A stretch of 64,000 nucleotides of DNA from Nitrospirota bacterium. GTDB lineage: Bacteria > Nitrospirota > UBA9217. This document shows, in pieces, positions 30,468 through 41,107 of this stretch. The stretch is taken from the NCBI GenBank assembly GCA_963737155.1, contig CAVTRN010000002.1:2656001-2720000 (forward strand), given 5' to 3'. The notes below the pieces were generated by a model, which saw nothing but the letters and a program-made list of their open reading frames with translations, ran no database searches and had not been told where the DNA came from. How positions within the stretch are numbered: the stretch's first letter is position 1; each line of letters opens with the position of its first letter. A program made the translations under genes and the position numbers.

Positions 30468-31799
30468 TCATGTGCCGGTCGGACAGCTTTTTTCTATCAG
30501 TGCTGATTCTCCATCGATTGTTTCTGTCTCGTTGCACTCAAGAGCTAACTCCCGCGCGGTGTCCCGGCTCTTACCGCCTACCCCCATCATACAAAACGCG
30601 AGCAGGCTCATTGCGAGGAAGTTATCGTAGTTGTTTTCCGTCATGCAATAACATGCTATCATCACAGCAACCCACCGGTATTGCTCCTCCATACGGTGAA
30701 AAAGCATGACCCATACAAATAGGGAAAGTAGCAGGCCTGTCAACCCGGTCTGGAAAAGAAACCGTATGTAATCGTTATGCGCCTCAATTCCGAACACGCT
30801 GTCTATCGTTCCTATTCCATGTCCAAAAAGAATTTCAACGAGGTTGGAATTTCGAAACACATGTAGAATGCGGTTCCAGTGATAGAGCCTCCATACTCCG
30901 GAGGTCACATCCTGCCCGTTTTCTTGAATCATCTCATAAAAATCAATTGGCTTATCGGAAAACACCCGGCTAATATTGTTTACAGCGAGAGTTACCTTCG
31001 CATTGGTTGCATCAACCACCTCAAGCGTTTTGGGAGGAATAGAGACAAAGATAAATATCGACAGTCCTATGCAAGCCATCACAAGCGTCCACTTTGCTAT
31101 GATGGGTATCCCGCTCTTCCTGTCGATGAATCGATACATTATGCCGATAAGAAAACTCAGAAGGGCTCCGCTAGTATGGGAAAGGTAAATAAGAAACACG
31201 ACCAGAGCCAGGTGCAAACCGCCAACGATTTTTCCCAATCGTCCATAATCTACGAGAAACAGCAACATCATAGCGGTAAAAGCAAAATTATTACCGTTCG
31301 CCAGAAAGCCCTTCACGCCCATAACGGGCTTCAACAGGTCGGTAGCTGAAACATGCTGCGGCCTCATCAGCCATCCAGAGAGGAGAAATACGAGTATCGT
31401 GAAATAGAGGAGCCATGCCCGTCTTGAACGGGCAAGAGGTGTGAGTGGCATGGCCAATCCCATGAGAATGACACAATTCAATGCATAATACTTAACCAAT
31501 TCTTGATATGCCTTTTGCATTACTTTTTCGTCGAGCGAAACAATTGGAATCACTGTAAGCACGAGGCACAATAATATCGAAAACAGTATCAATCCGGGCT
31601 TCAGGTTGAACAGGTAATGCCAATAAAGCACGAAAAGACATAATAGAAACATAGCCGCGCCGATGCTTGAGGCCACCTGCAATCCAGCAAGTTCGCCAAC
31701 CACGATAACGACGATGTAGAGGCAATATAGGTAGATGACGGGTTCCCAACGAAAATCCGCTGTAGATAGATCGTCTATGGTATTAATGTGAGGCCTCAT
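30468..31799 (-). CDS. Wzy polymerase / O-antigen ligase family protein
   Basis: Multi-TM; N.N.FA, W R...W, FGHGIG, AHNDYIR....G..G. Confidence 0.8.
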   Translation of the reverse strand: MRPHINTIDDLSTADFRWEPVIYLYCLYIVVIVVGELAGLQVASSIGAAMFLLCLFVLYWHYLFNLKPGLILFSILLCLVLTVIPIVSLDEKVMQKAYQELVKYYALNCVILMGLAMPLTPLARSRRAWLLYFTILVFLLSGWLMRPQHVSATDLLKPVMGVKGFLANGNNFAFTAMMLLFLVDYGRLGKIVGGLHLALVVFLIYLSHTSGALLSFLIGIMYRFIDRKSGIPIIAKWTLVMACIGLSIFIFVSIPPKTLEVVDATNAKVTLAVNNISRVFSDKPIDFYEMIQENGQDVTSGVWRLYHWNRILHVFRNSNLVEILFGHGIGTIDSVFGIEAHNDYIRFLFQTGLTGLLLSLFVWVMLFHRMEEQYRWVAVMIACYCMTENNYDNFLAMSLLAFCMMGVGGKSRDTARELALECNETETIDGESALIEKSCPTGT

Positions 31800-32997
31800 C
31801 TGTTGAAACAGACCCGTCCCTATTCTGAAAGAGAATTCTAGCGCCCTGATGAAGTACATTCCCCCTGATGTTCTTTCTCCGTCCTCCGTCCACCAGGATG
31901 CCCGGTTTTGCACCGGCTATATCGTTATCGAGCACGGTAACATCTCCCGCGGCGTAAATGCCGATCTGAGAACAACCGTGTATAACGTTCTTTTCTACGT
32001 TTATCTTCACTCCGGAGGCAAATATACAGTGCCTCCCGGCATCCGCGATCGAATTACGCATAATTCTGATATCCTGCACATCGGGCAAGCCGTTACCACC
32101 AGTGTGCAAAAATACCCCGTCTCCATGCACTCCTTTGATCACGTTATCGACGACTTCAACCGTCTGCGCCCCACCCTTTACCGCAATCCCACCAACCATG
32201 CTTCCACTGACAAAGTTCCCAGCGACACGCACATTGCGAATGCTCCCCTTGTTTACCCTGGAATCGATGCCATAGACAGTTATTCCGAAGGACGCCCCTT
32301 GCGCTTGTATCGTGTTTTTCTCGACGAGAATATTTTCCACCCTCCCCTCCCATCCAAAGGTGGCGATTGGCTCATCGCTTACGGATTCAATCATGTTGTT
32401 CCGGACAACAATGTCGGAAGTGGCCCGCGCCAGCCGTGGATCTTTGTTTCTAATCATGACCCCCCCGCCACTTGTCCTATTCCGATTAGAGATTGAACAT
32501 CCTTCGACAGCCGCGTCCCTGATTCGGGCCGACAAGTCGATACTGTATAACTGCGAGTCTGCAGCAATAGTCAGATTTTTAATCTTAAGATGTTCAACGT
32601 TCTCAAATCGTATAATGCCTATATCATCTCCGACAAGCACCGGCAACATGAACTCTATTTTCATGTTCCTGACCGTAATATCACGGTTTCCCTTCGCAAA
32701 GTCTGCATTCGTTATGAACCGCGGACCGGTAAAAGGATCTTCGGCTTGCAGTACAGTCAAGTTGCCTTCTCCTTCAAGAATTGATCGGGAAGCCAGCGAG
32801 ATCGTTCTCGTCACTTTGTAAATGCCAGCGGGAATGTGTATAATAGTCGTACCGTTGCCGTCAGTCTTCGTGCAGGCCTTCAGATCTAGTAAAGCGGGAA
32901 GAACAGCGTCATTTGCCAAAGAAAAACAGGGGACACATAAGAACAACAATAATGGCGAATATATCCTCAAAGCTGAGATGGTTTTTCGCTTAATCAT
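31783..32997 (-). CDS. Secreted right-handed beta-helix protein (pectate lyase superfamily)
   Basis: Signal peptide, IPAGIY, LEGEG; paralogous to the C-terminal part of 28500-30371. Confidence 0.8.
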   Translation of the reverse strand: MIKRKTISALRIYSPLLLFLCVPCFSLANDAVLPALLDLKACTKTDGNGTTIIHIPAGIYKVTRTISLASRSILEGEGNLTVLQAEDPFTGPRFITNADFAKGNRDITVRNMKIEFMLPVLVGDDIGIIRFENVEHLKIKNLTIAADSQLYSIDLSARIRDAAVEGCSISNRNRTSGGGVMIRNKDPRLARATSDIVVRNNMIESVSDEPIATFGWEGRVENILVEKNTIQAQGASFGITVYGIDSRVNKGSIRNVRVAGNFVSGSMVGGIAVKGGAQTVEVVDNVIKGVHGDGVFLHTGGNGLPDVQDIRIMRNSIADAGRHCIFASGVKINVEKNVIHGCSQIGIYAAGDVTVLDNDIAGAKPGILVDGGRRKNIRGNVLHQGARILFQNRDGSVSTDEASH

Positions 32998-33013
32998 GTC
33001 ATAATCGCCGCGT

Positions 33014-34018
33014 TTAAAGACGCTCTCGAAAATACCGGAATGACATCAGGAGCATATTAATCGGCTTTAAATACAACCTTTGTTTATTTCGTCGCGGTGA
33101 ATTGACCAGTTGCCAGACGAAGCGTGTAGCTGAGTTTAATCGACTTCCCCAGAGCAACCGCCGCACAACAAACATACCTCTATCCCCGAGTAATGTTGAA
33201 ATTTCTCTTGCCCGTTCCAGGTTTCCAGAAAGAACATGCTGCCGCATGTTCTCCCATCGTAGCCGGGCCAGATAGAGTTCCACATCATGATCAATTTTTG
33301 CGGGAAGACGTCCCGCTCTGCGCAGTGCTTCCACCGTTTCAATAAAGGGATGTTCATCTGTCGGTCGGAATAAAGCACAAGCGCGGTTCTCCGCATCCTT
33401 ATAATAAACTGCTCCGATTTTCGAGCTGAACGCTATGGGATAATGGAGCGCAATGCGTCCCCAAAGATCTAGATCTTCACCCATTCTCCTTCCTACGGAA
33501 AAGCCGCTCATCTCAATGAGCACAATTTTTGGTACGCAGGATGCGGATGACGAGACTGGCGGTGTTCCCAGAGCAGCCGACCGAAAATAGCTTGGAATCA
33601 TTCCTTCCCAAGATGAAACCATAATTCCTATGAATTTCGGATTAATCTCACTGTGTCTTTCGTTTACGATATTGTAGGCGGTGGCGTAAATACCTGCTCC
33701 GGGGTATTTGTTCCGTAACCGGTTTATCGTTTCTAGGAAATCCGGTTTCCACTCATCATCGGCATCTAAAAAAGCAACCATATCTCCGCGCGAGGCTGCA
33801 ATCCCGCGATTCCTGGCCGCCGAAACACCTGCGTTGTCTTGGTGAATAAGCATGATGCGTGAGTCATACATGCGTTTAACAATCTCAGGCCCCTTATCGG
33901 TAGATCCATCATTCACGACAATGAGCTCAAAATTTTTATATGACTGCTTTATCACTGACTGGATAGCACGCTCGATGTGCAAGGCTTTATTGAAAAGAGG
34001 TACGACAATGGAGATCAT
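33014..34018 (-). CDS. Glycosyltransferase family 2
   Basis: ISIVVPLFNK, VNDGSTD, GVSAARN.G, FLDADD, GED. ORF is open from 34162. Confidence 0.92.
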   Translation of the reverse strand: MISIVVPLFNKALHIERAIQSVIKQSYKNFELIVVNDGSTDKGPEIVKRMYDSRIMLIHQDNAGVSAARNRGIAASRGDMVAFLDADDEWKPDFLETINRLRNKYPGAGIYATAYNIVNERHSEINPKFIGIMVSSWEGMIPSYFRSAALGTPPVSSSASCVPKIVLIEMSGFSVGRRMGEDLDLWGRIALHYPIAFSSKIGAVYYKDAENRACALFRPTDEHPFIETVEALRRAGRLPAKIDHDVELYLARLRWENMRQHVLSGNLERAREISTLLGDRGMFVVRRLLWGSRLNSATRFVWQLVNSPRRNKQRLYLKPINMLLMSFRYFRERL

Positions 34019-34455
34019 TTTTACACTTTCAATATCCGGGTCCTTTCGAAATATTGCAGGAATACTGTTATTTTTAATCAATGGATGACAAAACCCCATA
34101 TACTTTAAATCGCCGGCAGTATCTGTTAGTTGACCCAGACTTACATATTCTGGATTGGGCAACGTTGCAATTCCGGCTCATCATTCTTAAAGAATGGTTT
34201 CACGCATTCCCACTCCTCCAGAGATTATTTCCGTCGAACGGTACTTCATTAATCATCGTGCGTAATTCAAAAGTCGTGAGATGCAATGAAATTGAGGCTA
34301 TAGTTCGTTTTAACGTTTGGAGCATTGAACATACTAAATTAATTCCAGTCCTTAATCGGCGACATATGTATCTGGATTTTGACGAAAATAAACGTTTACA
34401 AATGCTACGACAGCTTTAGCTTTCTCCGGATGTTAAAAAGTTAGATATTTACATT

Positions 34456-35337
34456 TCATAATCTTAATCCCTGATAAAAAAAATATTTCTGGATATGCTT
34501 TTTTTTAAACGTCATAAAATATCTCATTATACAAACAACCATAAAGAAATATTTCACCATCGCCGCGGCGTACGCCCCCCGGCATTTTTTCATGTAAAGT
34601 ATCTGGCTTGCCGAGTAAATTTTATAATCCTTTTCGCGAGATGATTGCCCCTCAAGGTGAATTATGCAAATGTCGGGAACAATGAATGCCCTCAAACCTT
34701 TTTGCTTCAAGCGATGACAGAGTTCTGATTCTTCAAAATAAAGAAAAAAATCCTCGTCGAACGGGAGTCCGGGGCTCACCGTAGATTTGCGTAAAAAAAT
34801 ATCTGCACCAACTATGTAGTCAACTTCGATCGGAGTAAGTGATTTCGGGATGACTCCTGTTGATATTTTGTCCTTTACTGAGGCGGGCAGCAACCTGTCA
34901 GCTCTTACAGCATAGAGCATAATTTCAAGCAATGATGGGAAATTACCGTAAGATTTGGCCGGCGTCAGGTCTTTCTGCAAAAGCTGGCCACCGCATGCAT
35001 AAACATTCTTATTTTCAGGACACTCCATGAAATGGTAGAAATCCCTGATCGCATCACTGACCAAGAGCGTATCAGAATTCAAAAAAAAGACGTACTTCCC
35101 CTTGGCCGACGTATAGCCGACATTGTTCGCTTTTCCAAATCCAAGATTTGTCTGATTCCTTATCAGAATTACTTCAGGAAACTCCTTTTCCACCATCTCC
35201 CGAGAGCCGTCCTGGGAATCATTATCAACGACAATAATTTCGCTGTGCAAACTCGAAGCGTACTTTTGTACACTCCGGATGCAATCCCGAAGTAGCAAAG
35301 CCGTATTGTAGCTGACTATAATGACTGATACATCCAC
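34456..35337 (-). CDS. Glycosyltransferase family 2 (WbbL-like)
   Basis: VDNDS.DG, NLGFGKANN.G, LNSDT, FDEDFFLYFEE. Confidence 0.92.
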   Translation of the reverse strand: MDVSVIIVSYNTALLLRDCIRSVQKYASSLHSEIIVVDNDSQDGSREMVEKEFPEVILIRNQTNLGFGKANNVGYTSAKGKYVFFLNSDTLLVSDAIRDFYHFMECPENKNVYACGGQLLQKDLTPAKSYGNFPSLLEIMLYAVRADRLLPASVKDKISTGVIPKSLTPIEVDYIVGADIFLRKSTVSPGLPFDEDFFLYFEESELCHRLKQKGLRAFIVPDICIIHLEGQSSREKDYKIYSASQILYMKKCRGAYAAAMVKYFFMVVCIMRYFMTFKKKHIQKYFFYQGLRL

Positions 35338-35370
35338 AATCCTCTCCCTTTGCCTAATACGCTGTTCAAT

Positions 35371-36834
35371 TTATGCTTTCATATTGGCAAATATTGTTCT
35401 CGCCTCCTTAATCATCGTCCACTTAGAAAGAAGTCCTTGCATCAACACATATCCGGCAATGCACACAACCAGTTTGAGCGCAAATACCATCGCTGTCGGC
35501 CGATAGCCGACGTCCAATCGCATGAATAGCGCCGTCAATACGCCAATACAAATCCCTGATGCGACAGCGGGGCTTATTGTTCTGAACATGTCCCGATATT
35601 CCAAATTTATCTCATTTCGCAAGGCCGGGAAGTATATAAAATATTGCAACATATAGCTCATTGTTACTAAAACGGCAACTCCTGTTAGGCCGAAATAGCG
35701 GATCACCGGATAGAGAAATACCACTTCGATAAGGGCAGTAACAATCGTAGATTTGAGTACCAGGTCTGTGCGTCCGATGGCCATAACTACGCTGCCAACC
35801 GGCTCAAGAAGAGACCGCGCTATTCCGTAAAAACAAAATATTTTCAAAACGAGCAAAGAGGATAACCATTTATCAGTACCCTGCCCCAAAACGATAACCA
35901 GAAACTCCTTTGATACGGTGAACAGGCAAAGGTTTGTCAAAATGCTAATGAACGCGATAACTTTCACGACCCGCAAATAAGCATCCCTAATGTTCGCTTT
36001 GTCATGTTGTATGTTTGCAAAGGTTGGAAACAGCACGGTCAATATTACGGAGGCAGAGAGTACGCTTATCATGGATCCCCAATTGAACGCCAGCGAGTAG
36101 TAGCCAAGCGTATTGACCCCTGATACCACACCAACGACGAAGTTGTCCAGGTTGATGATCGCAAATATCAGAAGCTGGGAAATAAATATTTTACCGCCGT
36201 AGTTAACGAGAGCTCCCGCGTCCCGTCTGTCAAATTCTATTTTTATCTTTACAGGCTTTAGAATATTGATAAGGATCACGGATACAAACGTCGCGCATAC
36301 GTTACCAATGACAATGCTCCAATATGAATAATTGTGTACAACGAGAATAATGGAAGTCAATGAGCTCGTCAGCGAGGCCGCTATTTGATAATACATGATT
36401 TTTTTAAAATCGAGCTTGCGGGTAAGAATGGTGACCGGGATAAAAGAGAGACTGTTTAAAAGGAAATTTAGTGAAAGGAGTTTAACTACATTGACAACCG
36501 CGGCTTCATGGAAAAGATATTTCGTAAGAGGAGCTACGAAAAATGACGAGATGAAAACAAGAACACCAAGAGTAACTTTCATGGAGAATCCCGTGTATAA
36601 AGCGCGATCGGTTAGCAGCTTTTTTTGAATTACTGCGCTGTTGATTCCGAAGTCATTGAATTGCGAAAATAAATTGACGATGATGATTGCAAAACCTGCA
36701 ATGCCATAATCACGTGACACAAGATGTCGTGCAAGTACAACGCTTGCAACGCCTGAAAGAACGATTGTTATGATCTTCGCAGCGGCATTGAAGCTTATAT
36801 TTTTAACCAGCGCGGTTTTAAAGGTCTGGGACAT
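35371..36834 (-). CDS. wzx: Wzx flippase (WzxC-like)
   Basis: Many TM segments; LAR.L...DYG, FGI.SA.IQ, LGYYSLAF. Confidence 0.88.
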   Translation of the reverse strand: MSQTFKTALVKNISFNAAAKIITIVLSGVASVVLARHLVSRDYGIAGFAIIIVNLFSQFNDFGINSAVIQKKLLTDRALYTGFSMKVTLGVLVFISSFFVAPLTKYLFHEAAVVNVVKLLSLNFLLNSLSFIPVTILTRKLDFKKIMYYQIAASLTSSLTSIILVVHNYSYWSIVIGNVCATFVSVILINILKPVKIKIEFDRRDAGALVNYGGKIFISQLLIFAIINLDNFVVGVVSGVNTLGYYSLAFNWGSMISVLSASVILTVLFPTFANIQHDKANIRDAYLRVVKVIAFISILTNLCLFTVSKEFLVIVLGQGTDKWLSSLLVLKIFCFYGIARSLLEPVGSVVMAIGRTDLVLKSTIVTALIEVVFLYPVIRYFGLTGVAVLVTMSYMLQYFIYFPALRNEINLEYRDMFRTISPAVASGICIGVLTALFMRLDVGYRPTAMVFALKLVVCIAGYVLMQGLLSKWTMIKEARTIFANMKA

Positions 36835-37468
36835 TTTTTGCCAGAATATAAAACTGATATGCAGCGAAGGATCTGAGTCTGTTCAACAGCAGCCCGTTTA
36901 TTAACCTGAACAATTTCCCGGAAATATAGACGCCTTGGACTTTTTCAGCTTTCATCCCGGCACTTTTTATAAGACCAATAATTTCACTGCGCGTGAAAAA
37001 CCTCACGTGTGTATTGTCGAGAATTCCCTGTTCCGCATATTTCCACTCGTCGTGTAGAATCAATCTTTGTAATAATTTATAATACTTCACATTCGGGATG
37101 CTAATGAGCATAACGCCTTCGTCACGCAGGTAGGAACGTATTTTCTTTATCGCGTCCAGGGGGTTATAGAGATGTTCCAAAACATCGGCCAGAATGATCC
37201 CGTCGAAATAGTTATTTTCGAAAGGAAGATCGTCTTTTTCTATATCGGCCACAAGAACTGCATCCAGTCCTTTTCTTTCGGCGATTGCTATCGCTTCGGC
37301 ATTTATATCAACACCGGCGACATAAGAGGCGCCGATTGTCTTCAGATATTCAAGAGTCGCGCCGTTTCCACAGCCAATCTCCAAATATCTGCCATAAATG
37401 GCAGGCAGCATCCCAACAAGATCGCGACGTTGATAATTATAATATTGTGAATTTTTAGGCCTTTGCAT
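36818..37468 (-). CDS. Class I SAM-dependent methyltransferase
   Basis: LEIGCGNG, DVLEHL.NP, GILD.TH.RFFT. Confidence 0.9.
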   Translation of the reverse strand: MQRPKNSQYYNYQRRDLVGMLPAIYGRYLEIGCGNGATLEYLKTIGASYVAGVDINAEAIAIAERKGLDAVLVADIEKDDLPFENNYFDGIILADVLEHLYNPLDAIKKIRSYLRDEGVMLISIPNVKYYKLLQRLILHDEWKYAEQGILDNTHVRFFTRSEIIGLIKSAGMKAEKVQGVYISGKLFRLINGLLLNRLRSFAAYQFYILAKNVPDL

Positions 37469-37476
37469 TTTTATAT

Positions 37477-37627
37477 TTTATAAAACAGTCCTGAAATACC
37501 CAGCAGCTTGCTGCTGGGATGAAAAGGACATCCTGGCGAAGCCAGGATAAGTCTTCAGCTTCTTTGTTGTGCTTTTTTAAGGTTTCAAGTTCCGATGCCC
37601 CGCAGCTTGCTGCGGGGTGATTCACTC
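37477..37627. mobile_element. 151-bp palindrome-ended MITE, IS200/IS605-like ends (family A, copy 1)
   Basis: Reverse complement of 59410-59560 with one mismatch seen. Hairpins CCCAGCAGCTTGCTGCTGGG, ATCCTGGCGAAGCCAGGAT and CCCCGCAGCTTGCTGCGGGG. Confidence 0.85.
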
Positions 37628-37639
37628 GACTAGCGATCT

Positions 37640-38529
<890 letters not shown>

Positions 38530-38726
38530 CTGATTCTCCCTGACGGCGGATCTGGTGTAGTGTATTCCTTCGGGCTGCAAGCGATGCGTAATACCCCTCC
38601 CCGAAGAAGACTAAATATGAGGGAAGAGAGCCGCGAAGCCGTTGGCAAAGCTCCGCCTCCTCGGTCACAGGGCTTCAAAAAAACCGAGAAGGTAACGAAA
38701 AAATACTTTTTTTCGCATGTGGATGG

Positions 38727-39261
38727 TTAATGCCTGCCGGGATGATCGGGCTCGCCGTTATGCTGCCTCTCGACATCTTCCGCACACCTTTTTATGGCCG
38801 TGCATCTCCCGAGCAGTTCGATGCTTACGAAATATATATGCTGACCGTGATGCTTCTGCTTCAGTATCCCCCAGGGCGCCCCGGGACACAACTTTCGTCA
38901 CGTGTACCGGCAATCCTTCCTGCAGATGAGTATAAAGTCAGCGTGTTCTGCGCAGATGAAGCACATTTTCAGCAATCCAGTCTCCTCAGGCAATGCCGGA
39001 CAGGGTTGCCTTGGAACCATCAAGATGAACGTTACCGTACCCCTTGTTTTGATAACGTTCAGAAATTTATCCGGTCAGTAATGGAGACGAAAATATAGCC
39101 GGGGAACAAGGGCAGCCTGCCTGTTTCTTCCTGTCTTTCCATTGATTCAGCTTCATGACAGAAGGAAGAAAGGCCTCGATCCCCTTGCGCTGAAGTTCAT
39201 CGGAGGCAACGCGTTCATGCCTCGATTTTACGTCCAATGCGTATCTGCTCGTCTTTCTCAT
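38727..39261 (-). pseudogene. UpxY/LoaP-like NusG-paralogue antiterminator, frameshifted
   Basis: YALDVKSRHE, RKGIEAFLP, QWKDRKK, then PLFPGYIFV in a shifted frame and VSIELLGR near the end. Confidence 0.8.
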
Positions 39262-39335
39262 AACGTCACACCGGATACCCACCGGAACTATTCAGACCTA
39301 CCGGTCCGGCACCCAGTGCGGCTCCCCTGCGGCCC

Positions 39336-40349
39336 TCAGGGCACTTTCGCGGTGTTTACTTCTTCACGGAGCAGGATCTCCACTGATGCCTTCTCGCGAA
39401 GGTTCTTGGCATACAGATCTGCCTCCTGCCGAACTTTTTCCTGGGCCAAATGTTTTCGAATCTGTTCCTTGACTGCATCATAAGCGAGGATTGTCTCCGG
39501 CTTCCGGTCGAACACCTTGAACACGTTAAACCCGTAACTCGTCTCGATAATATCGCTCGTTTCTCCCGTCTTCAGTCTGAACACGGCGTTCTCGAGCTGC
39601 TTGTCCAGCTGCCCGATCCTGATATATCCCAAGTCGCCGCCGCTGGTTCTGGTCGGACCATCGGACTGTTCCCTGGCCAAGGCAGAAAAATCCTGGCCCT
39701 TTTTCAGGTTCTTCAGGACCAGTTCGGCCTTTTGCTTCGCTTCCTTTTTTCTTAGATCATCCCATTTCGGATCAACCTGGATCAGGATATGGCTGACCCG
39801 TGCCTGGAGCGGCTGTTTGAAGAGGTCTAAGTGGCTCTCGTAATTGCCGACCATTTCGGCGTCGGTCACGGTGACCTTCGCGCCGAATTTCCGGTCCACA
39901 TACTGTTGCAGGGCGCTGTTCCTTTCCAGCTGCAGCCGCAGCGCTTCCTCGGACATGTTCCTCTTTCCGAGTTCATTGTTATACTCTGCCTCAGTCGGGA
40001 ACTGCCGCTTGAGCGCCGCGAGCTCGCCGGCGACCGCGCTCTCATCAGGCTTGATGCCAGCTTTGCGGCTGTCCTGATAGAGGACCTCACGCCGGATCAT
40101 GCTTTCCAGCACCTGCGCCCGGATGGAGGCAACCTGGCTTCCGGTAAGCGGTTTTCCCTGGCCCAGAAGGGATTTCTGGATCAGAAAGACTTCCTTATCG
40201 AAATCAGCCCGCTCTATGGGAACGCCGTTCACGACCGCAACACGATCGTTGGCTGGTTCCGCTTTCTTTCCTTCGCTCCAGGCCGGCGAGGCAATGGCGA
40301 TGCATGCAGCGAACAGCACTACTGTTTTGAAACCAAAAATCCTGGTCAT
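39336..40349 (-). CDS. SurA/PrsA-like parvulin peptidyl-prolyl isomerase
   Basis: Signal peptide, VAVVNG.PI, SHILI, F..LA.E.SD, GGDLG, GETSDIIET.YG. Confidence 0.92.
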   Translation of the reverse strand: MTRIFGFKTVVLFAACIAIASPAWSEGKKAEPANDRVAVVNGVPIERADFDKEVFLIQKSLLGQGKPLTGSQVASIRAQVLESMIRREVLYQDSRKAGIKPDESAVAGELAALKRQFPTEAEYNNELGKRNMSEEALRLQLERNSALQQYVDRKFGAKVTVTDAEMVGNYESHLDLFKQPLQARVSHILIQVDPKWDDLRKKEAKQKAELVLKNLKKGQDFSALAREQSDGPTRTSGGDLGYIRIGQLDKQLENAVFRLKTGETSDIIETSYGFNVFKVFDRKPETILAYDAVKEQIRKHLAQEKVRQEADLYAKNLREKASVEILLREEVNTAKVP

Positions 40350-40363
40350 GTTAAAAAACCCCC

Positions 40364-41044
40364 TTATTTTTTATTGATCTTCAGCTGCTCAATCTCATCT
40401 TGATACTGACTAATTAGCTGTTCAAGTTCCACCTTCCGCACTTGCGTCAGCGGCTCCTTCTCAAGGAGAGCCGAGCCGATCCCCTTGTCCTTGTATTTTT
40501 TGACGAGTTCCTGTGCGATCAGTGCGAGCTCGGCATTGTGCGCGGAACAGGAGCCCAGTTCCCGAGTCGTCCGTTTCAGGTCCACCTGAAGGACTTGTTT
40601 TTCTCCGGCTGCTTGTTTTAGTTCCCGGTCCAAGTCCTTGTTGATCTGCTGCGCTTTCTCGAGGTCTTGTCTGGTTTTGGCAGTTTTTTCATTGGCCGCA
40701 TTGTTCCGTGCTTCCAGTTTTTGAACCTGCTCGGTAAGTATTCCCACCCGGCCACGCAAATCCGCTGTTTTCTTCCTCTCGCCTTGGATAGCAGCCTGCA
40801 GTTTGTTCACATCGTCAGTGCATTTTTGCTCCAGCGAGCCAGTGGCCTCGGCCCTTTCCTCGGTCATAGTCTTCTGAATAAAAGCAATCCTCTTTTCCTT
40901 CTCCCTGATCTTGTCCTGGCAGCTCTTTTGCTCCTTTGTGACCTCCCTTGTGACCTGCATATGTCCTACACCCAGCCCGATGCACAGTCCGGCAACCAGC
41001 CCAACAGCGGGAAGTATGAGCCTTTGTAACAGTGGGAAACTCAT
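40364..41044 (-). CDS. Membrane-anchored coiled-coil protein
   Basis: N-terminal TM and heptad pattern; C-terminal C..HN.EL...EP.TQ..KVELE...YQD seen in such clusters. Confidence 0.75.
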   Translation of the reverse strand: MSFPLLQRLILPAVGLVAGLCIGLGVGHMQVTREVTKEQKSCQDKIREKEKRIAFIQKTMTEERAEATGSLEQKCTDDVNKLQAAIQGERKKTADLRGRVGILTEQVQKLEARNNAANEKTAKTRQDLEKAQQINKDLDRELKQAAGEKQVLQVDLKRTTRELGSCSAHNAELALIAQELVKKYKDKGIGSALLEKEPLTQVRKVELEQLISQYQDEIEQLKINKK

Positions 41045-41107
41045 GATTTCTCCAGATCTGATCCAGCCCGTCCAGAACCACAGGACTGAAAGTATCTTCT
41101 GCGATCG

